The position numbers and the translations under genes were made by a program. This document shows, one piece after another, positions 28,882 to 42,800 of a DNA stretch of 64,000 bases. The notes beneath the pieces were generated by a model. That model worked only from the letters and a program-made list of their open reading frames with translations, was not told where the DNA came from and made no database searches. Numbering within the stretch: position 1 is the stretch's first letter; every line of letters begins with the position of its first letter. This stretch comes from an uncultured bacterium (GTDB lineage: Bacteria > Babelota > Babeliae > Babelales > Babelaceae), in NCBI GenBank assembly GCA_963722385.1, contig CAVRKK010000002.1:320001-384000 (forward strand), written 5' to 3'.

Positions 28882-31800
28882 ATGAAGCAGCTAAACGTAA
28901 TTTGCGTTTCAGCTTTCTTATGTTGCAGTTTACTGGTTCGGCTAGCACATGCCCAAGAAATTGAAACTCCAGAAGAGCTATCGGCCAGGAAAGCTCATTT
29001 AGAAAAGGAACAAGGGCAACTTGAGCAAAAATTACTTTTAGCTCAACGAGAAAACAAACCGGAAGAAGTTTTAAAAATTGAAAACCAGAAAAAGCAAATT
29101 GCTCAGCAGCTTAAGAAGATAGATGAAGAGGAATCACGAGCAGTTCCCGTTGTCTCCCCAACAACACCGTCTAATCAAGTGCCAATTGTAGTCACAAAAG
29201 CTGGTAGTGAACAAGATGTTCTCCAAGCACCAGATATAATAAGTTGGCAAAAAGCTTGGGAAGCATTTGCTGAACAACCTGGCAGACTTTGGGGCAAAGG
29301 CGGCGCTTTGTTTGCCGCTACTTCCCCTGGAGAAAGAGCACAGAATATTGTTGAAATTATAAAGAAATTACCTGATAACTTTACTGCTAATCAAAGTATT
29401 GATGCGCTCTCTCTTATAGCTCAGCAAGCGCTTGACATGAAAAATAAGAATTATTTTACGCCAGATGAAGCTAATCGTGATTACGGCCGAATAATCAAAG
29501 CTCTAGCTAAAAAGCTAGGCCAAGTCATCGAAAATGCCCATTATCAAGATCAAAGTCCTGAACAGGTAAATCAGTTACTTATGACAATCCTCAAAAAAAT
29601 TAAGGCAGACCCTCAATTTGAAAGACTGATACAAACTACCATTGTTACTAAGATGGTTGAATATTTAAAGACTATGCCATTACAAGGAGATTCTGCAAAT
29701 ATCTTAAGTAGTTTTAAAGATATAATAGACACTTATCTTACACTCTCAAAAGGTATTGTTCTGGCTGAAATACATAATCACGCAATTCAAACTGCTTTGG
29801 CGGAAATCATTGAAAAAATAACTGAGCCTGTAGCTAACCTATCTTTTGAGCAGGGACTAAATACGCTCAAGGATATAGCGGAAAGTGAGAAAGCTAAAGC
29901 ATTATCCAAGAAGATGCCACAGCTTTCCCATATATTTGTTATTACTGCGAATCGACTTTTATCGAACGAATTAAGCAATCATAGTTTAACACGCGATATT
30001 TCACCGCTTACGCAACCTGGCCAAACAGAAGAGCAGAAAGAAGCATTATACCTGAATGCTTATGTTAAAGAAGTGGACTTGCTCAATAAATATTTAATTT
30101 TTACCAAGAAGAATGGCGCCAGCAAAACAGACCCAGAATTTCAAGCAGCGGCACGAAGGCTTTCTCGCATTAACGATTTTATGAATGAACAAAAGGACTT
30201 GCCAGAAACGCAAGCCAATAAGCAACTTTTTAATAATCTCAATAAGGCTATTTTTAAGGTGCTCGACACGCTGGTCGATGAAGGCGGCATCATGGGTGTT
30301 CTCGAGCATGATACAGAATTTGAGTCAAAAGAAGAGGAACAAAGCAAGCTTTTCAATCGACTGTCGGCGCTTCCTGAAGATATGCTTGCCGGCATGGATC
30401 AGGAAGCTAAAAACGTACTTGAGCAAATGAGCAAAACGACTGATCAAAAGAAGCTCAAAGAGCTTTATGATAATTTAGAAGCTATCTATGTAAACCTGAC
30501 CGAGCCACTCATCGAAGAAAAAGATAAAAGTTATAGCTTAAAAGATTTACTGAGCGAATCAGCTGATCTTACAAACTTAAATAGTCTCACCGAACAAATC
30601 GAAAAAGCCCTTGGGCCTCGAAAAGAAGTACTCCAAAAGAATGTTAAACGTCTCATAACGATAAGAGACCGCTTCAATGAGATATTGCCCGAGCTTACAA
30701 AGTCTGATCTCGCCAATATCACGGCCCATGGCAAAGAACTTGGTCAGCAAAAGCAGGATCTTGAGCAAATAACAGAACATGCAGTACCAGAAGGGATGGT
30801 GCCCGAGTTTCAACGCACCTATGGACAGGTAGAGGCGTGGACGGACATTATCGATGCAGCTGAAGCATATAATGCATTAACCAAGGCGCCTGCTCAATTA
30901 ACCGAGCAAGAAAAAGAAACTATTGGCCAAGTTTACGTAACGGTAACCAAAGCTTTTGCTGGCATTCCTGTTTCCCTCGATTATGATCAAGAAAAAATAT
31001 TTACCGATCGTCTTGAGGCTATGAAGAAGCAACAAGAAGCATTGGATAAGCTTACGAGTCTCGTGCGTGAGCCAAAAGCAACTATCGGTGGCAAAGAGTA
31101 CGATTTGCTGCAGGTGGCGGACTTTATTAAAAAGCTTGCTTATCATTTTGAGAAACTTTCGTCACAGCAGCTTGATGATTTAGAAAAAAGTGGCTTTTTG
31201 ATTCATGACGTACGAGAGGGTCAAACATATTATAGGCCAAGTGATCGTGGCCTTTATTTAGTCAGCATTGCTGATACGCTTAATGACGTTGAACGCCGCG
31301 CAAAGCAGCTTGACGAATATCAAAAGCAGCATGCTTCTGGCGTAGAGCCAAGCCTCCAGATGCTGAGTCCAACGGGGCGACCTATCGAAATTGCAGAGGC
31401 TTATAGATTGCAGTTGCTTATTCTTGATGATCAGGTTGATGTTTTGCAATATCTCTATCGTAGAAACATTCTCGAAAACAAAGTTGAAGAAGCAATCTCT
31501 GGTGTTGTTAATACCACTGCTATCGATAACCCCCCACCGCTGGCCAAAATTGATAAAACAGAATTACTCAATGATATAAGTGATCTGCTCTCCGTAAGAG
31601 AAGAATCAGTTAATCCCTATTTTGAGGCACTTATTGAAAGTGAAGCTTATATCGAGTCGTTACCTCAAAAAGAGCAGGCGGAGGCACGCAAGGCAGCTGG
31701 CTTAACAACCTGGGTTATGCGCATTATTGGCCTCTCTGATCCTGAGGCAGTGTTTTCCGCTGATGAGGCAACGATTACGCAAGAGGTCAAAGAAATCTAT

Positions 31801-32925
31801 ACCAAGTTGAATAGTGCCGTTAATGCCAGCTTAGCTGATCTTGCTGCTCGCTGGAAGCAAGCGATGATTGCTGGTAAAGAGACTGCCAGTAAAGTAGCAT
31901 GGTACAGCGCAATTCCCGCTGCTGTTGTTGCTTTCTTTGCCACTAAAATAACGGTACAGGCGGGAGCGCCGATAATTGGCGGAACTATAGGCAGCGCCAT
32001 TGGACCCGTAGGTACCGTAGCAGGCGCAACTATAGGAAGCATGGTGGGCGGTGTGACCGGCGACGTTGCTGCTCTCTTTACTGCTGCTGGTGCAGGAGCA
32101 AGCTTGTACCTCCTTTATGCAACCTTAAAGCCAACCGAGCAAGACTATGAAAAATTAAACGAGCTTCTTTTTAAAGCGGGCTATGTGCCTGAATATATTC
32201 AAAAAGACCCGGGACTTTGGAATAAGGCGGTGGAGAAAATGAAAAGCTTGTTTTCATCTGAGGTCACTAATATGGTCAGGAATGCAGAAAAAGTAAAAGA
32301 GGGCGTTGATCAAAAAATAGCTTGGGCCAATAAAGCACAAGAAGAGCTTTATGCGCAGCTTGGCCTTGAACCCAATGCGCGAGCCGCCGCGGTTGAAGCT
32401 GGCTTTAAGCAAAAAGAAGAAGCGCTCAAAGGTCGGCTTTTCTTAAATCGGTGGCTTACCAAAAAGAACTTAACGCGAGACTATCGCCGTATGCTTAAAT
32501 GCCATATCGAAGCACGCCGCGCCCAAATAGAATACAACAGTGTTCTTGTTGACATAGCTACTAAAATTATGGCTGATGTAGCACGGGAAAATACCGGCAT
32601 CCTCGATGGCATCTGGAATTTAATTTGGGGTGCTAAAGAGGGAACACAAGAGAAACCAACCGCTGACAAATTGATCCAAACGGCGCGCGACACTATCGAT
32701 GTATATCGCCGCCAAGTGGCCGATCTTATAGCTCTTGAAGCAATGATTGAAAAGGAGGCGGAGGACATTGGCAAAGCTGATCCTTTTGGTAAAGGAAACA
32801 CGTTAATTGACGCATTTAGAGATCAGTTTAATAGTAGGGTCAGCAACTTAGAAATATCATACGTCGATAACGTTAATCTTCTGCTTGAGTCTCAAGGTAA
32901 GAAAACGCTCAGCCTCCCTACCTAA
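28882..32925 (+). CDS. Giant secreted coiled-coil protein with C-terminal Gly-rich hydrophobic hairpin (family A)
   Basis: Signal peptide (AHA-QE); E/K/Q/L-rich helical composition; AIPAAVVAFF...GGTIGSAIGPVGTVAGATIGSMVGG...LYLLY. Confidence 0.85.
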   Translation: MKQLNVICVSAFLCCSLLVRLAHAQEIETPEELSARKAHLEKEQGQLEQKLLLAQRENKPEEVLKIENQKKQIAQQLKKIDEEESRAVPVVSPTTPSNQVPIVVTKAGSEQDVLQAPDIISWQKAWEAFAEQPGRLWGKGGALFAATSPGERAQNIVEIIKKLPDNFTANQSIDALSLIAQQALDMKNKNYFTPDEANRDYGRIIKALAKKLGQVIENAHYQDQSPEQVNQLLMTILKKIKADPQFERLIQTTIVTKMVEYLKTMPLQGDSANILSSFKDIIDTYLTLSKGIVLAEIHNHAIQTALAEIIEKITEPVANLSFEQGLNTLKDIAESEKAKALSKKMPQLSHIFVITANRLLSNELSNHSLTRDISPLTQPGQTEEQKEALYLNAYVKEVDLLNKYLIFTKKNGASKTDPEFQAAARRLSRINDFMNEQKDLPETQANKQLFNNLNKAIFKVLDTLVDEGGIMGVLEHDTEFESKEEEQSKLFNRLSALPEDMLAGMDQEAKNVLEQMSKTTDQKKLKELYDNLEAIYVNLTEPLIEEKDKSYSLKDLLSESADLTNLNSLTEQIEKALGPRKEVLQKNVKRLITIRDRFNEILPELTKSDLANITAHGKELGQQKQDLEQITEHAVPEGMVPEFQRTYGQVEAWTDIIDAAEAYNALTKAPAQLTEQEKETIGQVYVTVTKAFAGIPVSLDYDQEKIFTDRLEAMKKQQEALDKLTSLVREPKATIGGKEYDLLQVADFIKKLAYHFEKLSSQQLDDLEKSGFLIHDVREGQTYYRPSDRGLYLVSIADTLNDVERRAKQLDEYQKQHASGVEPSLQMLSPTGRPIEIAEAYRLQLLILDDQVDVLQYLYRRNILENKVEEAISGVVNTTAIDNPPPLAKIDKTELLNDISDLLSVREESVNPYFEALIESEAYIESLPQKEQAEARKAAGLTTWVMRIIGLSDPEAVFSADEATITQEVKEIYTKLNSAVNASLADLAARWKQAMIAGKETASKVAWYSAIPAAVVAFFATKITVQAGAPIIGGTIGSAIGPVGTVAGATIGSMVGGVTGDVAALFTAAGAGASLYLLYATLKPTEQDYEKLNELLFKAGYVPEYIQKDPGLWNKAVEKMKSLFSSEVTNMVRNAEKVKEGVDQKIAWANKAQEELYAQLGLEPNARAAAVEAGFKQKEEALKGRLFLNRWLTKKNLTRDYRRMLKCHIEARRAQIEYNSVLVDIATKIMADVARENTGILDGIWNLIWGAKEGTQEKPTADKLIQTARDTIDVYRRQVADLIALEAMIEKEAEDIGKADPFGKGNTLIDAFRDQFNSRVSNLEISYVDNVNLLLESQGKKTLSLPT

Positions 32926-32942
32926 AAATTTGACTCTTAGAG

Positions 32943-32969
32943 GGGAGGTGCGATTATAACGCATCTCCC
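32943..32969. terminator. Hairpin between convergent genes
   Basis: GGGAGGTGCG / CGCATCTCCC; homologue at 50859-50885. Confidence 0.55.
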
Positions 32970-33002
32970 GGTAAGTTTTTGCTGAATTTAGAATTTAGCT
33001 TC

Positions 33003-36000
33003 CTAAAGCTCTGCTGGAACTGGTGCTGTCGCATAATTCACCGAGCCACCCGTGCGATGACGGTTAACAAAATATTTATAGGCAAAATAACCAGCGATAC
33101 CAGCTACAACTAACCCAGTAAGACCAGCAACCCCACCTACAATAGGTCCTGCGATTATAGCGATATTGGTCGAACCGCCATCACCTGAATTTTCTTGGCC
33201 CGCATTACTCAACCCAAAGACTTGGGCAATTGATACGTCATCAGAGTAAAAATTAGCAGTAGCAACAAGCGAGCTTCCATCTTCGGCGAGTTGCGGTGAA
33301 AAGACTATTGATACGCAATCCATGGAATCGCCTGGCAGAACATATGATGTACTGTTATGTATTATGCCGTTTGTTGTTTGCAAAAGAGCAATGGTACTCG
33401 AGCCACTGTTAGCGGTGGCAAACTGCGAAGCATCGGGCGAAAGAGCAATTGAACCAGGTTGGGCATTGCCTTGCGGTAGCTGGCGAGACTGGCCGTCGGA
33501 CAGCGAATTTCCTTGAACAAGGAAAAGAGAAATATCATCTGACCCACTGTTTGCGGCAACAACCACCGTGTTGCCATTGCTGTCCAAGAAAGAAATAACA
33601 GAAGCGGGGACGGAAGACCCGGTTGGTAGTGGCTTTGAACCGCTGTAATCTAACAGCCCATTTACAAGCTTAAAAAGCGAGATATCGTGCGACTTCGCAT
33701 TGGCAGTAACAAGGAAGTTGCTATCGGGTGTAAAGGTCAAAGCTACCGGTTGCGTAGAATTTATCAAAGAGTAAGAGAGGGGATTCTGCGGTGTTCCTGC
33801 AACTACTTTAAAGATTGTTACATCACTCGAGTTGCTGTTGGCGGTTGCAAGATAGGCATCATTTGGCGAAAAAGCAATTGCAACGGGAACGGTAGAGCCA
33901 GCGGGTAGTGTATACGAGCTAGCGTCAGCAAGCTTTCCAGCTACCATGTTAAAAAGAGTCACATCGCTCGAGTTACTATTAGCCGTTGCTAAGTAGCTGC
34001 TATTTGATGAGAAAGTTATCCCCTTAGGGTTTAACGAGCCGCCAGGGAGCGGATACGAAATACCCGGCAAGAGAGTGGTTGATTGAGCAGTTGCATTTAT
34101 TGCAAATAACGTCACATCATGTGAGTTATAGTTTGCTGTTGCTAAATATTGACCCTTGTTTGAAAATACAAGTGCATTAGGGCCTTGAGACTCTGGTGGT
34201 AAAGAAATAGAAGTTAACGGACTTTGAAAGCTACCGCACGTAAAAATTGTTATCACATAGGGGTTGTAGTTAGCCGTGGCAAGATACGAACCGTCTGATG
34301 AAAAGGCTAAGGATTTAGGGGTACTATAACCACCGGGTAAAGCATAAGAAGCGCTTTCTGACAATATTCCTGCTGCTCCCACGCTAAATATTGTTATATT
34401 GTTTGAGCTATTAGCAGTAACGAGATATAAACCATTTGGCGAAAATGCAATTGAGGTAGGCGCAAAAGAACCATTCGGTAAGGTATAAGATGTTTGTCCT
34501 GACAATATTCCTGCTGAGCCTACTTGAAACATTGTTACATCATGTGAGTTGTCATTAGCAGTAGCAAGATATAAACCATTTGGCGAAAATGCTATTGATT
34601 CAGGTTGAGCTGAGCCACTCGGTAAGGCATACGTGGTTCCTCCTGATAACCCCCCATTTGTCCCAACCTCAAAAATTGTTACGCTACTTGAGAGATAATT
34701 AGCAGTAGCGAGATAGGAACCATCGGGTGAATATGCAACTGAATAAGGGCCTGAATTGATTGTGGGCAAGGCATAAGAAATTGCCCCCGATAATGCCCCG
34801 TCTGGTCCAACCTGAAATATTGTTACATCATTTGAACCAAAGTTAGCACTGGCGAGATATAAACCATTCGGCGAAAATGCCACTGAGTATGGTTCAGAAG
34901 AACCTGAAGGCAGTGCATAAGAGATAGCATTACTCAGAGCACCCTCTGCCCCAACGGTAAATATTGTTACATCATTTGTGCTATGATTAGCAGTGGCAAG
35001 ATATGAACTGCTTGGAGAAAATGCTATTGAATAAGGATAACTATAAGCATTTGGCAAGCTATAAGATGTTCCTCCTGATACAACTCCATCCGTGTCTACC
35101 TGAAATATACTTACATTATCGGGAATACTATTAGCAGTAGCAAGATACAAACCGTTTGGTGAAAATGCGATTGAATAAGGATACGTAGGGCCGCTTGGTA
35201 ATGAATAAGAAGTTGCTCCAGATAATGTCCCTCCTATTCCCACTCGAAATACTACTACATCGTCGGCATCAGGGCTGGCAACAGCAAGATATAAGCCATT
35301 TGGTGAAAAGGCTATTGAATCACCATCATTGATGTATGGTAAGGAATAAGAGCTGCTCATTGATAAAGCTCCATTCGTACCTACTTGAAAAATGGTTACA
35401 TTTGAGGTATCAACAACGGCAAGATATGAGCTGTTTGGAGAAAAGGCCAATGAAGAAAGCCAACTGCCTGATAAAGCATACGAGGTTCCTCCTGATAATG
35501 CGCCTCCTGTTCCTACCTGAAAAATTGTTACATCATTTGAGTTATTACTCGTAGCAAAATATGAACCATTTGGAGAAAACACCAATGAAAGAATGCCAGA
35601 AGAACCACTTGGTAAAGCATAAGAAGCTCGGCCAGATAATGTTCCATCTATACCTACTTGAAAGATCGTTACAGCGCTCGAGTAATTATCAGCAGCAGCA
35701 AGATATAAACCGTTGGGAGAAAATGTAACTGAATAAATATAGCCAGAACCAGATGGCAAAGCATAAGAAGTTCCTCCCGATAATGTTCCTCCCATATCTA
35801 GTTGAAACACGGTTACATCATTTGAGGCATTAGCAGTAACAAGATGTAAACCATTAGGCGAAAATGCTATTGAAGAAGGCGATACAGAACCGAGCGGCAA
35901 AGAGTAGGAAACAGCATTTGATAACACTCCAGCATTTACCTGAAATAACGTAATATTGTTTGAAAAGGTATTAGCAGTGGCCAGGTAAGAGCCATTAGGC

Positions 36001-36278
36001 GAAAATGCTATCGATGCAGGGCTGCTGGCCCCAAATGGCAAGATATATGAAGTGCCATTTGACAAAGTGCCTCCTGCGCCTACAGCAAATACAGTTACGC
36101 CCCCGGTGGCAGTAACAACATAAGAACCATCAGGTGAAAACGCTATAGATTGAGGAGCTAGTCCCGCAGGGGAAGCATAGCTTGTTCCCGTTAGCCTGCA
36201 GATAGCCTGCATAGCAGGGCTAGAGAGGATAACAAAAGCTACCAGTAAAGCGGGGCACTTAAGGAAAAATTTAGGCAT
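33003..36278 (-). CDS. Surface beta-propeller repeat protein (21 blades) with C-terminal TM anchor
   Basis: Signal peptide from MPKFF (GGAG RBS); ~45 aa repeats SIAFSPNG.YLATAN..SNDVTIFQV; C-terminal TM IAIIAGPIVGG...YFAYKYF. Confidence 0.9.
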   Translation of the reverse strand: MPKFFLKCPALLVAFVILSSPAMQAICRLTGTSYASPAGLAPQSIAFSPDGSYVVTATGGVTVFAVGAGGTLSNGTSYILPFGASSPASIAFSPNGSYLATANTFSNNITLFQVNAGVLSNAVSYSLPLGSVSPSSIAFSPNGLHLVTANASNDVTVFQLDMGGTLSGGTSYALPSGSGYIYSVTFSPNGLYLAAADNYSSAVTIFQVGIDGTLSGRASYALPSGSSGILSLVFSPNGSYFATSNNSNDVTIFQVGTGGALSGGTSYALSGSWLSSLAFSPNSSYLAVVDTSNVTIFQVGTNGALSMSSSYSLPYINDGDSIAFSPNGLYLAVASPDADDVVVFRVGIGGTLSGATSYSLPSGPTYPYSIAFSPNGLYLATANSIPDNVSIFQVDTDGVVSGGTSYSLPNAYSYPYSIAFSPSSSYLATANHSTNDVTIFTVGAEGALSNAISYALPSGSSEPYSVAFSPNGLYLASANFGSNDVTIFQVGPDGALSGAISYALPTINSGPYSVAYSPDGSYLATANYLSSSVTIFEVGTNGGLSGGTTYALPSGSAQPESIAFSPNGLYLATANDNSHDVTMFQVGSAGILSGQTSYTLPNGSFAPTSIAFSPNGLYLVTANSSNNITIFSVGAAGILSESASYALPGGYSTPKSLAFSSDGSYLATANYNPYVITIFTCGSFQSPLTSISLPPESQGPNALVFSNKGQYLATANYNSHDVTLFAINATAQSTTLLPGISYPLPGGSLNPKGITFSSNSSYLATANSNSSDVTLFNMVAGKLADASSYTLPAGSTVPVAIAFSPNDAYLATANSNSSDVTIFKVVAGTPQNPLSYSLINSTQPVALTFTPDSNFLVTANAKSHDISLFKLVNGLLDYSGSKPLPTGSSVPASVISFLDSNGNTVVVAANSGSDDISLFLVQGNSLSDGQSRQLPQGNAQPGSIALSPDASQFATANSGSSTIALLQTTNGIIHNSTSYVLPGDSMDCVSIVFSPQLAEDGSSLVATANFYSDDVSIAQVFGLSNAGQENSGDGGSTNIAIIAGPIVGGVAGLTGLVVAGIAGYFAYKYFVNRHRTGGSVNYATAPVPAEL

Positions 36279-36522
36279 GTATTGATCTCCTGTTAGAGCT
36301 TGTCTGCAAATCGAAAGAAGAAAAAAGCTCATTTTTTCTTTCGAGAACATTATCGCTCATTTTTTTAATTTTTTATAGGGTACATTTGCTAAGTTGCATG
36401 AGGTACTGATGAGACTCAGAAGTGATTAAAAGCATATCACGAGCTATATAGTCATGCTAAATTGGTAGAGCGTCAAAGAAATGCAACATTAATGCTGTTA
36501 TTTTTGTATGGTGAAGGCACGC

Positions 36523-36552
36523 AGGGTCGGTCGGGATCAACCGACCGACCCT
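36523..36552. terminator. Stem-loop downstream of collagen-like gene
   Basis: AGGGTCGGTCGG-GATCAA-CCGACCGACCCT, perfect 12 bp stem. Confidence 0.6.
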
Positions 36553-36583
36553 ATCTTATGATCGCATTGAGTGCTTGATGGCC

Positions 36584-38800
<2,217 letters not shown>

Positions 38801-39334
38801 CTGCCTCTCCTTTTTTGTAAATTGTTTCTTGGCTTCATCAACGATTGAGCTTGCCTCAAAAATAGCTGATCGGGATCTCCTCTGTTTTTAAAAATTCTAC
38901 TTCATGCAGCAGAAGTATTTCAAATATCTCTTACGGTACTTTAATGCTTTGTTGCTATTTTCGCTCATATTACTTCCCGTATTTCTCATAACTAGGAGTC
39001 AACTGCCAAACGGCCTAAAAGTCGTGGCTTGCAGCTAAACACAGATGTTTGCTACGATAGGCTCATTGACTGATCCGGCCTTCGTAGCCTTACTCAGTAA
39101 TACACCAGTATTCTCTTATATAAGCTTTAAATATAGACATGCTTATCTCTCCTTAGCGCCAGCCTGCAACTGGTGCTTCTTATCTGCTTAATGATCCCTA
39201 GATTATCAGCTTTATTTTTTTTGACTAGGAGCAGGTTGCTTCTTTAAACAAGCGAATGCTCAGCGTATTGATAGTGTTTAAGCCAAAAAAAGAGAATATG
39301 CACAATTACTTGTTTTTAAGATATAGTAAGCTTT

Positions 39335-39371
39335 AAAAAAAGAGCCCAGTAGAGCATTGAGCTCTACTGGG
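39335..39371 (-). terminator. Intrinsic terminator (minus strand)
   Basis: CCCAGTAGAGC / GCTCTACTGGG stem with an A run on its left. Confidence 0.7.
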
Positions 39372-39385
39372 GTTAAAATAATGAA

Positions 39386-39606
39386 TTAACCTATTCTTAT
39401 GATTGAGACAGTAGCTATAGGCGCATCTGCTGAAGTGCTATCTACATTTGGTATTTCACACAAAGATATACCTGTTGTTGAGAAGCAGCCCCATTGGAAG
39501 GTAAGGTCTGTTCCTCCTGTGTAATTGAGAATAAAGGTGTTTGATATCTCGGCTCCTCCTATATTTGACTCTGCTGAAGGAATATTTATGGATATCTGGC
39601 TTCCCG
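39386..39606 (-). pseudogene. 3' remnant of a second collagen-like gene (C-terminal domain)
   Basis: Minus-strand translation GSQISINIP...EISNTFILNY...DLTFQWGC...PIATVSIIRIG* parallels [10 protein letters not shown]...ELFFEFAC...GVSIIRMA* of 36584. Confidence 0.75.
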
Positions 39607-39865
39607 AATAGGTAGTACTCCTTTGCTCTCTCTTTTCGATGGAACTATATTACTAATAGTGATTTTGATAAAATGATAGATGTCCGGTTCGAGTTCTCAG
39701 AAGTTGTGCACACCATCAAGAATCGAGAATCGTTGCTGATGAAAATAATTTGCTTAATCAATAAATATCGGGTAATATTCAATAAATTAAAGCGAGATAG
39801 GCAAGAAGTAAGGACTCGGTAGTAATGAGGGGTGTACGCAACCTTTTATTACGAGGACTGGCTTT

Positions 39866-42800
39866 ATGTTTATTAAGGCTTTCATACGGCATGCTCTTGT
39901 CTCTATTTTTTCTCTATTAGCAATAATATTTTGTCGAGCAAGCACGGAGCCCCGGGAGGGCTACCACGTAATTATTACGCGTGACGAACCGGCATCCCGC
40001 CACATACCTAAGCTGCGCGGCCAAGAGAGCCCAGAAAAAGCAACACACTGCAAGATCATGAAGAATGGTGAGCAGATTGCGCAGGCTGATGTTGTACATG
40101 AGGTGCGCGGTAAGTTCAAACAAACGGAAATGGCGAAGCCTTTTTCGCTCATAGACGCTCGTAATTTGCAGATACGCTTTCAGGAAGGTGATAACTGTTT
40201 TCATTTGTCGGTGGATCTCAAAGGCGATATCGCGATTCACCAACTTGAGATGGCTGATTCATTTTCGCTTGAGGTATCTGGCAGTAGCAGCATTACCAAC
40301 CAGACGCCGATTTCGCTTAAGAAAGACTTAGCGATTACTATGCCTCGAGGTGTTTTTTGGAGCGGCAGTAAGGCCCACTGGCATGTTGGCGGCCAAGCTG
40401 ACCTATCGTTTGAAGAGGGAGCGGTGGCGATTTGGGGAAGCTTTGATTCAACGGGTGATCTACGTATCAAAGCAAACCGCTATACACAGCCCTATGGCAA
40501 AGCGCAAAGAACTGAGGGTAACCGATACCGTGCTACCAATAGTAACGGATATCCCTGGACATGTGTTGAGTATGATATGGTATCGCCAAAACGCTCATTG
40601 GTGAGGTCGCAGGGGAATATCTCCCTTACTGCCAATCATGTTGGTATTTACGGCGGTATTCTGCATGCAAAAGAAAATATTATTGCTGATATTGACCAAA
40701 AGTTTGAGCTTCTAACGCAGTGTAATGATCATAAGCGTTGTGAGACCTATAAAGAAGATACTGGCTGGATCTTCAAAAACATGGTTACCCGAGCAGTGGC
40801 TGATTACTTTGAAAGCTGCGACGATGTAGCAATCCTGCAAGCGGGCAAAGATTTCAAGCTCATGCTTCAGGGCCAGCCGGTGAAGATACATGATATCAAG
40901 CACTATCCGGCATTTGAAAGCACAGGCCAGATTGTTATTGGGCAAGAGGCTCATGTCTCATCATCAAACAAGCAAGGGGTTATGCATAATCATAAGTCCG
41001 ACGTAGATGATCTGAGATCTTATGGCCCAATTTCTCTCTCATTTGCTCAGTTTATCGATCCCACCACTACCATTCTCTGTAATGACCCGCGCTTTATCTT
41101 TACCCATCCTTCACAAAAAGAGAGCACAGAAGAATGGCAGCCTGGCAATGAGCTTGCATTTTTTCATGGCACAACTTTGAACAAACCAGCTATGCTTCTC
41201 TCTTTTAGTTCTCAGGTAGAGATACTCTCTCGGCTTTTATTTGAGCTCGGCCTTCCCGCACTTGGGGGCGAAGGTGACTTTGCTACCCAACTCCGGGAGC
41301 TCCAACGTGCTGGCTATCTCGTAGCCCTTGTCAATGGTAGGAAAATAGGAAACATGAAGAAAAGGGAGCCGCTACCACGGGGACACAATAAACCGCGAAA
41401 GTCGTTGAAAGATCAGCCGCAAGAAACCAAGGTCGAATTGGCTGAGGAAGAAAAGCAAGAGCTCGCCAGACTTCTCAAGCGCTACAGCCATAAAATTAAT
41501 GGTTATCCTTCATGGCTCAAAAGCAAAATGACGGACGTACAAGAAGGCCAAAATCTTGGAATACTCACGCAAGAGCTTATACATGAGTTGCCATTTTCAT
41601 TTATCTATTACCAGGTTCAAAAATTCGATGGTGTTGATTGTTTAGTCCCTGTCCTTCATGTGTGTGCAGCAGACCGTGATGCCAATAAGCGTATGGGCTC
41701 TTTTCTTGCTCATGATGTTACTATTGATAAGATGCATCGAGTCGTCAACAAGGGCATGATTCGTGCCATTAATCGTGTAAAGATACAAGCAGATACGATT
41801 ATTAACAAAGCCAATAAGGTAAAAAAATACTCCGTGCGCACGCCGTTAGAAGGCGGTGATATTATTGGCTTTGATATCGAGCTTGAAGTTCCCCAAGATG
41901 CCGTTGGTAAAGCGGGTATTAAGAACATTGGTGGCTCTATTGTGGGCAAGCAGAAAGTATCGCTCTATGCCAAGCAGGGAGACATCACCAACACGGTTCT
42001 TTTGGGAAGCCATACCGTAACGTGGGACCCTGGCTTTTTTGGCAGGCTCTTTGGCCATCAAAGCTCTTCGGAAATAGTAGATTTTTATCCAGGAAACATT
42101 ACTTCTGAGGGCAATATTGAGCTTATAAGCGAGACGGGCAAGCTGTTTAATGAGGGATCGAAAATTATTGGCGCTCAGAATGTCCAGTTGAAAGCATACG
42201 GTGATGCCGTCTTTAAAACACTTACCAACAAGCATACATCATATAGCGGTACATCGCTGCAGGGCTTTTCGGTTAAGCAAGTGGTCAAAGAGGCGATGAC
42301 TATGGAGCGCTCAGAGATAGGTGCTGGAAAGAATCTTACGGTAGAGTCTACCAATGGTTCAATCAAAAGCTATGGTGCTTCTTTTACTGCCATCCGTGAT
42401 GCCTTGTTTAAGGCAAAAAAGAGTAATGATCTTGCCGTAGTGACCACAACGCTTAAAGGCGAGCAGAAGCAGCTGGGGCTTAATTTGTTTGGGCTCTATG
42501 CTACCAGCAAAAAGCATCTGAAGGACCATATAGTCAAAACAGAGATTAATGTTGGTGGCAAGGTAACCTTTGAGTCGGGCGAGGACAATGTGCTTGAGGC
42601 AGTGGTTGTGTATGCAGGTCAATCTATTCACTTAATCGCCAAGCGCAATAATATTATCAAAGGCGCCAAAGAGCGCTCATCATCAATGACTGATAGCTGG
42701 TCATTCGGTGTGACCTTTTTTGGCTCAGATGCTCTCGGTTTGCTTGCCGACGAAGAATATCGCAGAGCTTTGTGGGCGCTCAATGATGAGGACCCACTGC

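Noticed and set aside
33003..36278. Propeller proteins as the missing 6-phosphogluconolactonase
   Set aside because: Secreted, membrane-anchored, highly repetitive multi-propeller proteins; shared fold only
39680..39700. GGTTCGAGT T-loop-like motif (similar GGTTCGAA near 2796 and 3865)
   Set aside because: No cloverleaf or acceptor stem could be formed
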